Source: a bacterium
GTDB lineage: Bacteria; SAR324; NAC60-12
NCBI GenBank assembly: GCA_965209155.1
Contig: OZ242383.1
Span: 2,784,001 to 2,848,000, forward strand
Direction of reading: 5' to 3'
DNA length: 64,000 nucleotides
How positions within the stretch are numbered: position 1 is the first letter of the stretch; every line of letters starts with the position of its first letter. This document shows positions 48,234 through 57,430 of this stretch, piece by piece. The position numbers and the translations under genes were made by a program. The notes under the pieces are model-generated. The model saw nothing but the letters and a program-made list of their open reading frames with translations. It was not told the origin of the DNA and ran no database searches.

Positions 48234-48801
48234 TTAATTAATCTCATTAAACCACCAGCTCTGCTGGTGCGAACCTAATAGGCTTTGCCGGTCAGACATG
48301 AGAAACGTATCCGTGTCCGTGAGCCGTGCTCGTGCTCGTGAACGGTCAGTGAATTCGACGGCACATTTTGGTTAACATAGAAACAATGCGATGAAGTAAC
48401 TGTTTTCCTTCGTCAAATAAAGGAGGCTGGATGATCTTCAACACGTTTAAAACATCGAGAATAGCAGCGCATTCCATTGCGGAACCTCGGGCAAATGCAT
48501 AGAATCGTTGCTTGTCAGGAAAGGAATTTTTTCCACAGCCTTCTGCGATATTGAGAGGAATCGACCATGAGGCCCTTTTCAGTTGGTCAACTAAGGCTGA
48601 GTATCCTTTTGGCAATGTTTCGATGACTTGGACAGATAACGCTAAAAATTCGATGGAACATTGGTATACATCGAGTTTTTCATGATCTAACATGGCAGCC
48701 TTTTTCGTTCACGAGCACGAGCACGTCTTACGATGACGAACACGTTTTGCCCCCATCCTGGGGGCCTCTTCAAGCCACCGGCTCTGCCGGTGGTGATGAC
48801 T
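48234..48801 (-). mobile_element. 568-bp putative non-autonomous element, copy 2 (intact cargo)
   Basis: Matches 24342-24909 at constant offset 23892; hairpins at 48253-48269, 48749-48765 and 48775-48793. Confidence 0.8.
48346..48693 (-). CDS. Four-helix-bundle protein (TIGR02436/IVS-protein/Avd-like)
   Basis: HEKLDVYQ, DQLKRASWSIPLNIAEG, FYAFARGSAMECAAILD, RIVSMLTKM. Confidence 0.92.
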   Translation of the reverse strand: MLDHEKLDVYQCSIEFLALSVQVIETLPKGYSALVDQLKRASWSIPLNIAEGCGKNSFPDKQRFYAFARGSAMECAAILDVLNVLKIIQPPLFDEGKQLLHRIVSMLTKMCRRIH

Positions 48802-48809
48802 ATAAAATG

Positions 48810-48945
48810 AAATGTCATATAGGTCCCGGATCATCCCGGACTCGATCCGGGACCAGGATGATCCGGGAGCAGGATGTCGCCCGTATTCCCCTGGATTCCT
48901 GGTCAAGCCAGGAATGACACGTTTATTCAATTCTTAATTTGCGTA
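48810..48945. repeat. REP doublet / degenerate MITE type A right half
   Basis: TCCGGGACCAGGATGATCCGG...GGATTCCTGGTCAAGCCAGGAATGACAC shared with 33241-33340. Confidence 0.75.
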
Positions 48946-49030
48946 ATTTTTATAATTTTATCAAACTGACAATAAATAATGGTTTTATACGACCGGACAG
49001 GCAAAAAAAGAAAAAATATTTTTTTCATTG

Positions 49031-49055
49031 AAATAGTACCAAACAGGTGCTATTT
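49031..49055. promoter_or_regulatory. Palindromic operator upstream of the Rrf2/isc operon
   Basis: AAATAGTACC-AAACA-GGTGCTATTT (9 of 10 symmetric) over a TTGAAA...TATAAA promoter-like region. Confidence 0.6.
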
Positions 49056-49130
49056 TATAAAATACGGAGTGAAAAAAGACTGAGAGATTCTACATCTTAG
49101 CAGGTATACCATTTCAGCCAACGGGTCCGA

Positions 49131-49586
49131 TTGTTAAAATTATCCAAAAAAACCGATTACGCAATTATTTTGTTGAGTCACCTGGCGGTCAACAATAACC
49201 CGGTGAGCACCCAGGAGTTGTCGAGAACTTATCATCTTCCCCAAGCGATGGTGGCGAATATTTTAAAACAACTCGCTTCTTCGCAAATTATAGAATCAAA
49301 ACGGGGGCAGCTGGGAGGGTATTCGTTGATTCGGGAACCGGAGAGCCTTTCCATTGCCGAGATTGTTCAGGTCACCGACAATCCATTCTTTTTAGTGGAA
49401 TGCGCCCATGACAGTGAAGAATGCGCGTGTAAAATTATCCCCTGGTGTCCCACCCAGGATCCCTTGATTGCTTTACACAAACAAATTGAGACATTCATGA
49501 GATCCCTGACACTCGATCAGGTGATCCACCATCCACAATTCGATAACGAAAGGAGATCAATCAATGAAGCTGCCCATTTATCTTGA
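49131..49586 (+). CDS. Rrf2 family Fe-S cluster regulator (IscR-like)
   Basis: [15 protein letters not shown], Cys cluster; TTG start; first gene of the isc operon. Confidence 0.88.
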   Translation: MLKLSKKTDYAIILLSHLAVNNNPVSTQELSRTYHLPQAMVANILKQLASSQIIESKRGQLGGYSLIREPESLSIAEIVQVTDNPFFLVECAHDSEECACKIIPWCPTQDPLIALHKQIETFMRSLTLDQVIHHPQFDNERRSINEAAHLS

Positions 49587-50778
49587 CTATCACGCTACCA
49601 CACCCATGGATGAACGAGTTTTGCAAGCCATGTTGCCCTATTTCTCGGAAACTTTTGGAAATGCTGCAAGTCGTAACCATGTCTTTGGCTGGCAAGCAGA
49701 AGAAATAGTAGGGGAAGCCCGAGATCGAATCGCATTCATTATAGGCGCGAGTGGCAGAGATATCGTATTCACCAGTGGTGCCACTGAATCGGATAACCTC
49801 GCTTTGCAGGGGGTTGCTGAATTTAATAAAGGAAAAGGCAACCATCTCATCACGGTTCCCACTGAGCACAAAGCCATTTTGGATACGTGTCATTACTTGG
49901 AGCAAAAAGGCTTTGAAGTGACCTATTTGAATGTGAACAAATATGGAGAGATCGATCTGCAACAATTGCAGGATGAAATCAAGGATGGTACGATTTTAGT
50001 GAGTATCATGGCGGCCAACAATGAAATCGGCACGATTCAACCTCTCAAGGAAATCGGCGCAATCACTCGTTCCAAAGGGGTATTGTTCCATTGCGACGCT
50101 ACCCAGGGTATCGGGAAAATACCGATCGACGTGGAAGAGATGAATATCGATTTGCTTTCCATGACAGCCCATAAAATATATGGTCCCAAAGGGATAGGCG
50201 CCCTGTTTGCACGCAGGAAGAGACCGCGGGTGCGACTCTCTCCTATCATCCACGGGGGGGGCCATGAACGTGGAATGCGTTCAGGGACCCTCAATGTCTC
50301 AGGCATAGTCGGCTTTGCGAAAGCCATTGAAATCTGCCAGGCTGAAATGGATTCGGAAGGCGAGCGCCTGGTCAATTTGCGGGAACGGCTCTATAAAAAT
50401 CTGAGGGATAAACTCGATTATGTGTTTTTAAACGGTCATCCCACTCGAAGACTTCCCGGTAATTTGAACCTCAGTTTCGCATACGTGGAGGGAGAATCTC
50501 TGATTATGGGAATCAGCGACATCGCCGTTTCTTCGGGTTCCGCTTGCACCTCTGCCAGTTTGGAACCATCTTATGTCCTCAGGGCGCTGGGAGTGGGAGA
50601 TGAATTGGCGCACAGTTCGATTCGCTTCGGCTTGGGACGCTTCACCAGCGTGGAGGAAATTGATTATACCGCAGAAAAAGTGATCGCAACGGTCAGCCGC
50701 TTGCGAGAAATGTCACCACTGTATGAGATGGTTTGTGAGGGCACCGATCTCTCTACAGTGAATTGGACTTCTCATTGA
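49564..50778 (+). CDS. iscS: Cysteine desulfurase
   Basis: [35 protein letters not shown]. Confidence 0.96.
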   Translation: MKLPIYLDYHATTPMDERVLQAMLPYFSETFGNAASRNHVFGWQAEEIVGEARDRIAFIIGASGRDIVFTSGATESDNLALQGVAEFNKGKGNHLITVPTEHKAILDTCHYLEQKGFEVTYLNVNKYGEIDLQQLQDEIKDGTILVSIMAANNEIGTIQPLKEIGAITRSKGVLFHCDATQGIGKIPIDVEEMNIDLLSMTAHKIYGPKGIGALFARRKRPRVRLSPIIHGGGHERGMRSGTLNVSGIVGFAKAIEICQAEMDSEGERLVNLRERLYKNLRDKLDYVFLNGHPTRRLPGNLNLSFAYVEGESLIMGISDIAVSSGSACTSASLEPSYVLRALGVGDELAHSSIRFGLGRFTSVEEIDYTAEKVIATVSRLREMSPLYEMVCEGTDLSTVNWTSH

Positions 50779-50873
50779 TATGGAATTATCGAGTAAAAAC
50801 GATACAGGATATTTTCGAGCAGAATGCTCATTCCCGTATCACAGCATTAAATTGAATCTTGGAAAGGAACAAA

Positions 50874-51254
50874 ATGGCGTACAGTGATAAAGTCGTGGAC
50901 CACTACAACGAACCTCGTAATGTGGGAAGCTTCTCGAAAGAGGAAGAAAATGTCGGAACGGGATTGGTAGGAGCTCCCGAATGTGGTGATGTGATGAAAC
51001 TTCAGATCAAAGTCGAAGAGGATCGCATTGTGGATGCGAAATTCAAAACCTTTGGCTGTGGATCGGCCATTGCCAGTTCCAGTTTGGCAACGGAATGGAT
51101 AAAGGGTAGAACCATCAATGACGCGCTGACCATCAAAAATACCGACATTGTGGAAGAATTGTCTTTGCCTCCTGTCAAAATCCATTGTTCGGTCTTAGCG
51201 GAAGATGCGATTCGTTCTGCGATCAAGGACTACCAGGAGCGTGAAAATAACTAG
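50874..51254 (+). CDS. iscU: Fe-S scaffold IscU
   Basis: MAYSDKV.DHY, GAPECGDVMKLQI, FKTFGCGSA, LPPVKIHCS. Confidence 0.97.
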   Translation: MAYSDKVVDHYNEPRNVGSFSKEEENVGTGLVGAPECGDVMKLQIKVEEDRIVDAKFKTFGCGSAIASSSLATEWIKGRTINDALTIKNTDIVEELSLPPVKIHCSVLAEDAIRSAIKDYQERENN

Positions 51255-51347
51255 AAAGCTTCAACCTTCATGTAAATAGTTCAAATCCGGGAGACTGAAA
51301 AATCAGGAACATTTCCGGATTATCATGGAAATCATCTCATTCTACGA

Positions 51348-51986
51348 ATGCATTCCCGAGAATCATCCGTACAGGCTGTTTGTATGGGGTGTCAAACCAC
51401 GATGGCGACACCCCTTTTTTGTTTTGCTTGCAATTCCATCCAACGCCTTAACGCCAAACCCAATTATTTCGAGATTTTCAACCTGGCTTACCGCTACGAC
51501 CTGGACTTGGAGGAGTTGGAAAATCGTTATCAAAAGCTCTCTATGGAATTACATCCTGATTTTTATATCAGCGCTTCTTCCTTCGAGAAAAAACAAAGTC
51601 AGGAATCTTCAACGTTACTGAACCACGCATACAGTACCCTACGATCCCCCATTGCCCGTGCTGAATACCTGTTAAAGTTGCTGGCTCATGAGCAACGATT
51701 TGACCGGCGGCAACTGCCGAATGGATTTTTGGAAAAAATCTTTTTATTGCAGGAATCTTTAGAAGATTGGCTGACGCAAGATCCTCATTCTCCGGAAGTG
51801 AAAAAATTTCGTGTCGAGATTGAGAAAAATCTGGATCAAATCCGCCTGAAGATTTCATCTCACTACGCCCAGTTGGAAAAAATCTCGGCAAGACGGGAAG
51901 AAGTATTGCCAAAAATTCAACTCCAACTCAACGCAGGACGTTATTTCCAGAGTTTGCTCGATCGTATCAACAGGAGATTATCATGA
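51348..51986 (+). CDS. hscB: Co-chaperone HscB
   Basis: N-terminal CxxC...CxxC, J-domain NYFE...HPD, RAEYLL. Confidence 0.9.
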   Translation: MHSRESSVQAVCMGCQTTMATPLFCFACNSIQRLNAKPNYFEIFNLAYRYDLDLEELENRYQKLSMELHPDFYISASSFEKKQSQESSTLLNHAYSTLRSPIARAEYLLKLLAHEQRFDRRQLPNGFLEKIFLLQESLEDWLTQDPHSPEVKKFRVEIEKNLDQIRLKISSHYAQLEKISARREEVLPKIQLQLNAGRYFQSLLDRINRRLS

Positions 51987-53800
51987 CAGAGCCCATTATT
52001 GGGATAGATTTGGGCACTACAAACAGCTTGGCTGCTATGGTATTTGAAGAGGGACCCGAAGTGATAGGTCGAGTTGGTGAAAACCCGATCGTACCCTCGG
52101 TACTGGCCAGAACCGACGCCGGTTGGATTGTAGGAAAAGAAGCGCTCCCTTTCCGTATTTCAATTCCGGATCGTACCGTCTATTCAGTAAAACGCTTGAT
52201 GGGGCGAGATCTTTCCGAATTGACGGAGGAGCAGGACAATTTGCCATATACCATAGTGGAGGCGCAGCGTCAATTGATCAAAATCCGGCTTGGCGATGAG
52301 GAATATACTCCCCAGGAACTCTCAGCTGAAATTTTAAAAAAAGTGAAAAAGGAAGCAGAGCAATGCTTGGATTTTGCGATTAAAAAAGCTGTCATCACGG
52401 TGCCCGCATATTTTGATGACGCTCAAAGGCAGGCGACTCGAGATGCCGGAAAGATCTCGGGGCTGGAGGTTGTGAGAATTGTCAATGAACCCACTGCGGC
52501 GGCGATTGCCTATGGATTGGATGAAAAAAAGAAAGGACACGTTGCCGTCTATGACCTGGGAGGAGGAACCTTTGACATTTCGATCCTCAAACTCACGGCT
52601 AAAGTTTTCAAAGTGGTCGCAACATGCGGAAATACGAACCTGGGAGGTGATGATTTCGACTATGCCTTGAGTGACGAACTGAAAGCCATGGTACAGGAAA
52701 ACTATCCACAGGCGGACCTGGGCGACCCCATTTCCCAACAAATCTTCAAACAATCCGCAGAAACATTGAAAATCCAATTGAGTGCGGCATGGGAAGCGAA
52801 TTACCAAATCTACATTCCTGAAAAATCGATTGCCTTTCAAGGCGTATTTACGAGAGCCGAATTCGAATCCGTGATCGCAGGAACCTTAACAGAAACTTTG
52901 AAAAGCTGTCAACAAGCATTGGATGACTGTGGATTGGAAGTCGAGGCCATAGATGAAGTGGTGCTGGTAGGAGGGTCTACTCGTATTCCGGCTGTCAGGA
53001 AAGAGGTCGAAGCATTTTTCAAACGTCCTCCTCATGTCGCGATTGATCCATACAAAGTGGTTGCCATGGGAGCCGCCATTCAAGGACATTTGCTGGCAGG
53101 AGGAAGAAGGGACTTCGTGTTGTTGGACGTTATTCCTCTATCATTGGGAATCGAAACCTTAGGGGGTACTTTTAGTAAAATCATTACGCAAAATACGACC
53201 ATTCCCGCAGAAGCGACGGAGATGTTTACCACCCATGTGGACAACCAGACTTCCATTGATATCAACCTGTATCAAGGTGAAAGGGAATTGATCAAAGATT
53301 GCCGCTGTTTGGGACAATTCAAGCTGAGGAACATTCCCGCGATGCAAGCCGGGTTGCCTTTGGTAGCAGTGACCTTGCACGTGGATGCAAACGGCATTTT
53401 GAAGGTTTCGGCCCTGGAGAAACGCAGTGGAAAGCAGGCAGTGATTGAAGTGATTCCATTTCATGGACTGACCCGCTTTGAAATTGATAAAATTATGGAA
53501 GATTCAATCGAACATGTCTTCGACGACTTCAATGAAAGACAGTTGATTGAATTTCGCAATACCATGGAATCCGTCTTCTCCGGAATTGAAAAGGCATGGG
53601 AGAAGGCCGAGAAAATATTGACCCCACCCCAGCTTTTGGCGATCCGCCAACAAATGAAAATTGTGAAGGATTGTTCAACGGGTCAAGACGTCCTGATTTT
53701 CAAGGAACAAATGGATATCCTTGGAGACCTGACCCGTCCCCTGGCCGATGCTGTCATCGGCAATGCCGTACTGGAGGAATTACAAAAATCTTCTCGTTGA
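51983..53800 (+). CDS. hscA: Hsp70 chaperone HscA
   Basis: [24 protein letters not shown]; directly follows hscB. Confidence 0.88.
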   Translation: MTEPIIGIDLGTTNSLAAMVFEEGPEVIGRVGENPIVPSVLARTDAGWIVGKEALPFRISIPDRTVYSVKRLMGRDLSELTEEQDNLPYTIVEAQRQLIKIRLGDEEYTPQELSAEILKKVKKEAEQCLDFAIKKAVITVPAYFDDAQRQATRDAGKISGLEVVRIVNEPTAAAIAYGLDEKKKGHVAVYDLGGGTFDISILKLTAKVFKVVATCGNTNLGGDDFDYALSDELKAMVQENYPQADLGDPISQQIFKQSAETLKIQLSAAWEANYQIYIPEKSIAFQGVFTRAEFESVIAGTLTETLKSCQQALDDCGLEVEAIDEVVLVGGSTRIPAVRKEVEAFFKRPPHVAIDPYKVVAMGAAIQGHLLAGGRRDFVLLDVIPLSLGIETLGGTFSKIITQNTTIPAEATEMFTTHVDNQTSIDINLYQGERELIKDCRCLGQFKLRNIPAMQAGLPLVAVTLHVDANGILKVSALEKRSGKQAVIEVIPFHGLTRFEIDKIMEDSIEHVFDDFNERQLIEFRNTMESVFSGIEKAWEKAEKILTPPQLLAIRQQMKIVKDCSTGQDVLIFKEQMDILGDLTRPLADAVIGNAVLEELQKSSR

Positions 53801-53847
53801 TCTTCTTAACAGTTGGACGCTTGCGGTCTCTTGAAAGTGAATAAAAA

Positions 53848-55071
53848 ATGAATATCCTGCAAACTCTACGTGAACGTGGTTTTTTTCAGCAATGTAACCA
53901 TGCGGATGCCTTGGAAAAACGTTTACAAGAGGGGCCAATTTGCTGCTATACCGGCTTCGACCCAACAGCAGACTCCTTCCATGTCGGAAACCTTATTCCC
54001 ATGATGGGGTTGTCCCATCTTCAAAAGGCCGGGCATCGAGTCATCGCTCTCATTGGAGGTGGAACGGCCCTGATAGGCGATCCCTCCGGAAAAACGGAGT
54101 TGCGTCAAATTCTCTCCGCAGAAGAGATTGAATCCAATATCAGCGGACTCCGCTCCCAGCTCGCAAAGTTTTTGGATTTTGAAGCAGGAGCCATATTGGT
54201 GAACAACGCCGATTGGTTGCGCAAGCTCAATTACATCGATTTTCTCCGAGATATCGGCCGGTATTTTTCAATCAACCGTATGCTTTCTTTCGAGACCTAT
54301 AAAACACGCCTCGAGACCGGATTGACTTTTCTGGAATTCAACTACCAACCCTTGCAAGCATATGATTTTCTGGAACTCCATCGACGATATGGTTGTCTTT
54401 TGCAAATGGGAGGAGACGATCAATGGGCCAACATTCTCTCCGGATGCGATTTAATCCGCCGTGTTGCCCAATCCGAAGCTTATGCTCTCACTTATCCACT
54501 CTTGACGCATGCTTCCGGCAAAAAGATGGGGAAAACTGAAAAAGGAGCAATATGGCTCAGTGCGGAAAAAACCTCTCCCTATGACTATTACCAATATTGG
54601 ATCAACATCGAGGACGCCGATGTGCGTAAGTGCCTGGCTATTTTTACTTTCCTGCCAATGGAAGAAGTTGAAGCCTTAAGCCGCTTAAAAGGCGCGGAAA
54701 TACGCCATGCAAAAAACCGATTGGCCTTTGAAGCAACTACTTTATTGCATGGAAAAACCGTGGCTCAGAATGCCAGGGAAGCAGCAGAATCCCTTTTTGG
54801 TGGACAATCTCAAAACCTGGAAAGTGTTCCCTCGAGTACTTTATCAATTGAAGATCTCAAAGCGGGTATGGATTTATTCACCATCTTTCTTGAAACAGGA
54901 CTCTGCAAATCGAAAGGTGAAGCGCGAAGATTGCTCAAACAGGGAGGAATTTACGTCAATGAGGCGCGTATCGAAGATGAAGGATTTCGGTTCAAAGCAG
55001 AGAGTATAACAGCGGGTAGCGCTTTACTGAGAGTTGGTAAAAAACGCTATCATCGCCTCGTTTTTCGGTGA
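53848..55071 (+). CDS. tyrS: Tyrosine--tRNA ligase
   Basis: GFDPTADS.HVGN, QAYDF, GGDDQW.N, KMGKT, C-terminal S4 domain. Confidence 0.97.
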   Translation: MNILQTLRERGFFQQCNHADALEKRLQEGPICCYTGFDPTADSFHVGNLIPMMGLSHLQKAGHRVIALIGGGTALIGDPSGKTELRQILSAEEIESNISGLRSQLAKFLDFEAGAILVNNADWLRKLNYIDFLRDIGRYFSINRMLSFETYKTRLETGLTFLEFNYQPLQAYDFLELHRRYGCLLQMGGDDQWANILSGCDLIRRVAQSEAYALTYPLLTHASGKKMGKTEKGAIWLSAEKTSPYDYYQYWINIEDADVRKCLAIFTFLPMEEVEALSRLKGAEIRHAKNRLAFEATTLLHGKTVAQNAREAAESLFGGQSQNLESVPSSTLSIEDLKAGMDLFTIFLETGLCKSKGEARRLLKQGGIYVNEARIEDEGFRFKAESITAGSALLRVGKKRYHRLVFR

Positions 55072-55099
55072 GATATCTTTTTCCTGAATTGTATTGGAT

Positions 55100-55423
55100 T
55101 CAATCCTCCCAAAAGTGGATTAAGGGATCGATTTTCTCCAAATCTTCTTCTTCGCATGGGCTTGGGAAGCCGATTTCATCGAATCCTTTAAAAATGAGCA
55201 TCGGTCCCCAATAGGATTCGTTGTTCAATTCCCATTCTTTTTGCCGCCCTTGCCAGGCCCCTTCGCCGTCAATATATCCCATCAAACCGAATGGCAGTTC
55301 AATTGCATCGGTGGCGTCGCACCTCAACAAATCGCAAAGCGAGTCGACATCCAGGTCAGTTACGTCAATCAGGTCTCTTGATTGTTCATCCGGATCGATA
55401 AAAATATATGGCCCTTGTTTCAT
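55100..55423 (-). CDS. Hypothetical acidic protein
   Basis: 107-aa ORF filling the intergenic space; no family recognised. Confidence 0.6.
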   Translation of the reverse strand: MKQGPYIFIDPDEQSRDLIDVTDLDVDSLCDLLRCDATDAIELPFGLMGYIDGEGAWQGRQKEWELNNESYWGPMLIFKGFDEIGFPSPCEEEDLEKIDPLIHFWED

Positions 55424-55545
55424 AAACCTGGATTCAGACTGGAATTTTTTAAACTTTGAAACTGCTTTTTGAGTCTCAATTGGGGGTTTGATGATTTTTC
55501 ATGAATGGAGTCTGGTTCCTAACGAGAGAAATATAACAATTCGTC

Positions 55546-57204
55546 TCAGTCCGATTGGAATAAAGTTTGATTGGATGTGAGGTTCAATTTGTGTTTGTCA
55601 CTAAATTCATCGGCGTTGAATTGTTGGACATATCCCTCCAGCGTCGTGTTCACACGGTCGAAAAAAGGTTGAGGATAAACACCAAGCGCGACCGTGGCAA
55701 TGGCCAGTGGCAATAGCAGCAAGATTTCCCGGGGTGTCAAGTCCTTGAGATTGGCGATGACGTTACTTTTAATGGGACCAAAAATGACACGCTGGTACAT
55801 CCACAACATATAAACTGCAGCAATAATCACTCCAAACGCCGCAACAATCGCGTAGTATATGTTGAGCCGGGCAGCTCCCAGCATCACCATCAATTCCCCG
55901 ACAAATCCATTCAATCCCGGCAATCCTATGGAGGCCAGAGAGAAAAACAGGAAGAAAGCGGAAAAAACCGGCATCGTATGTACGACTCCCCCATACTCTT
56001 TGATTTCCTGGGTGTGGGTCCGTCCATAAAGCATCCCCACGCAGAGAAACAAGGCGCCAGTGACCAGGGCATGGTTGATCATTTGTATCAACCCTCCTGC
56101 CAGGCCCTGAACGTTAAAGACGAATATCCCGAGAATGATGTATCCCATGTGCGCTACGGAAGAGTAGGCAATCAGTTTTTTTAATTGAGGTTGGACCATT
56201 GCCACTAATCCTCCATATATGATTCCCACCAAACCAAATATAATTATGACAGGTACATAGAAGTCCGAAGCTTCTGGAAACATGGGAATCACAAAACGGA
56301 TGATACCATAAGGGCCAAGCTTGAGAAGCAATCCCGCCAGTTCTACGGAACCGAGCGTTGGTGCTTCGTAGTGGGCATCTGGCAGCCAGGTATGAAAAGG
56401 AAACAATGGCGCTTTAATTGCGAAAGCCAGGCAAAATCCGAGGAACAACCACATCTGGGCAGAGCGTGGAACGGAAAGTTCGTACCAGTCCGGAATGCTG
56501 AAAGACCACAGTCCGAAAGTCTCGTGATAGAGAATACCGGTATAAATCAGCGAGGCCAACAGGAGTAAGGAACCAAAGACGGTATAAATGAAAAACTTGG
56601 TGGTTGCGTAAATACGATTACTTCCTCCCCAAATCCCGATCATAAAATACAAAGGTACCAGCATGATTTCGAAGAATGTGTAAAATAACACCGCGTCCAG
56701 TGCCATGAAAGAACCGAGAATCCCCACTTGCAGAAACATAATTTGCACCTGGAAAGGCCAACTCCTCTCCTTTGTATACCAGGTTGCCACCAGCGCGGGG
56801 GGCAATAAAAAAGCCGCCACCAATACCAATCCCAAGCTGAATCCATCGATACCCAGGTAATAGTTAATGCCGAATCGTTCGATCCAAGGGATTTTTTCGA
56901 CAAATTGGAATCCGTAAAAAGAGGGATCGAACTTGAATGTTAGATAGCCGCAGAGTCCCAGCGTCAAAAGACTGCAAAGAAAATTTGCCACATCTGCGGA
57001 AAGCCCGCCATATCCATTACGGAGCAGTACCGCAAACAATGCGCCAAGCAGTGGGGAAAAAATGATAATGGTCAGAATCGGGAATCCGACGCTGTCGGAT
57101 GCGACAATCTGTCCGGTTTCCGCTGCCTGGGTTGGGAGGGCAATGCCGAACAAGATGAAAATAGCGATAAATATAATGTTCCAGGGAATGGATCTGAGTT
57201 TCAT
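55546..57204 (-). CDS. nuoM: NADH-quinone oxidoreductase subunit M-like antiporter subunit
   Basis: LGIDG.S, FFE.ML.P, K.PLFPFHTWLPDAH.EAP, K.LIAYSS.AHMG, GLPGLNGFVGE. Confidence 0.92.
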   Translation of the reverse strand: MKLRSIPWNIIFIAIFILFGIALPTQAAETGQIVASDSVGFPILTIIIFSPLLGALFAVLLRNGYGGLSADVANFLCSLLTLGLCGYLTFKFDPSFYGFQFVEKIPWIERFGINYYLGIDGFSLGLVLVAAFLLPPALVATWYTKERSWPFQVQIMFLQVGILGSFMALDAVLFYTFFEIMLVPLYFMIGIWGGSNRIYATTKFFIYTVFGSLLLLASLIYTGILYHETFGLWSFSIPDWYELSVPRSAQMWLFLGFCLAFAIKAPLFPFHTWLPDAHYEAPTLGSVELAGLLLKLGPYGIIRFVIPMFPEASDFYVPVIIIFGLVGIIYGGLVAMVQPQLKKLIAYSSVAHMGYIILGIFVFNVQGLAGGLIQMINHALVTGALFLCVGMLYGRTHTQEIKEYGGVVHTMPVFSAFFLFFSLASIGLPGLNGFVGELMVMLGAARLNIYYAIVAAFGVIIAAVYMLWMYQRVIFGPIKSNVIANLKDLTPREILLLLPLAIATVALGVYPQPFFDRVNTTLEGYVQQFNADEFSDKHKLNLTSNQTLFQSD

Positions 57205-57430
57205 GGAAGTCCTTTGAGATGACAATATATTGAGATCATTAATATTACTTATTAAAAGAAAATCGCGCTCAGCAAACAATGGCTGAAAGAAAATATGACC
57301 AATGGAAAATGAAAATTCCAGTCTTCTTTAAGAAATCGAAAATAAATGCGTATTGCAGCGAAAATAACTTATCCTGCTATGCGACGGGTGAAGCTCATCA
57401 TCCTTGTTTGCCATTTTAATTTGGTCGTTG

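Noticed and set aside
48346..48693. 23S rRNA intervening sequence
   Set aside because: No rRNA sequence flanks either copy.
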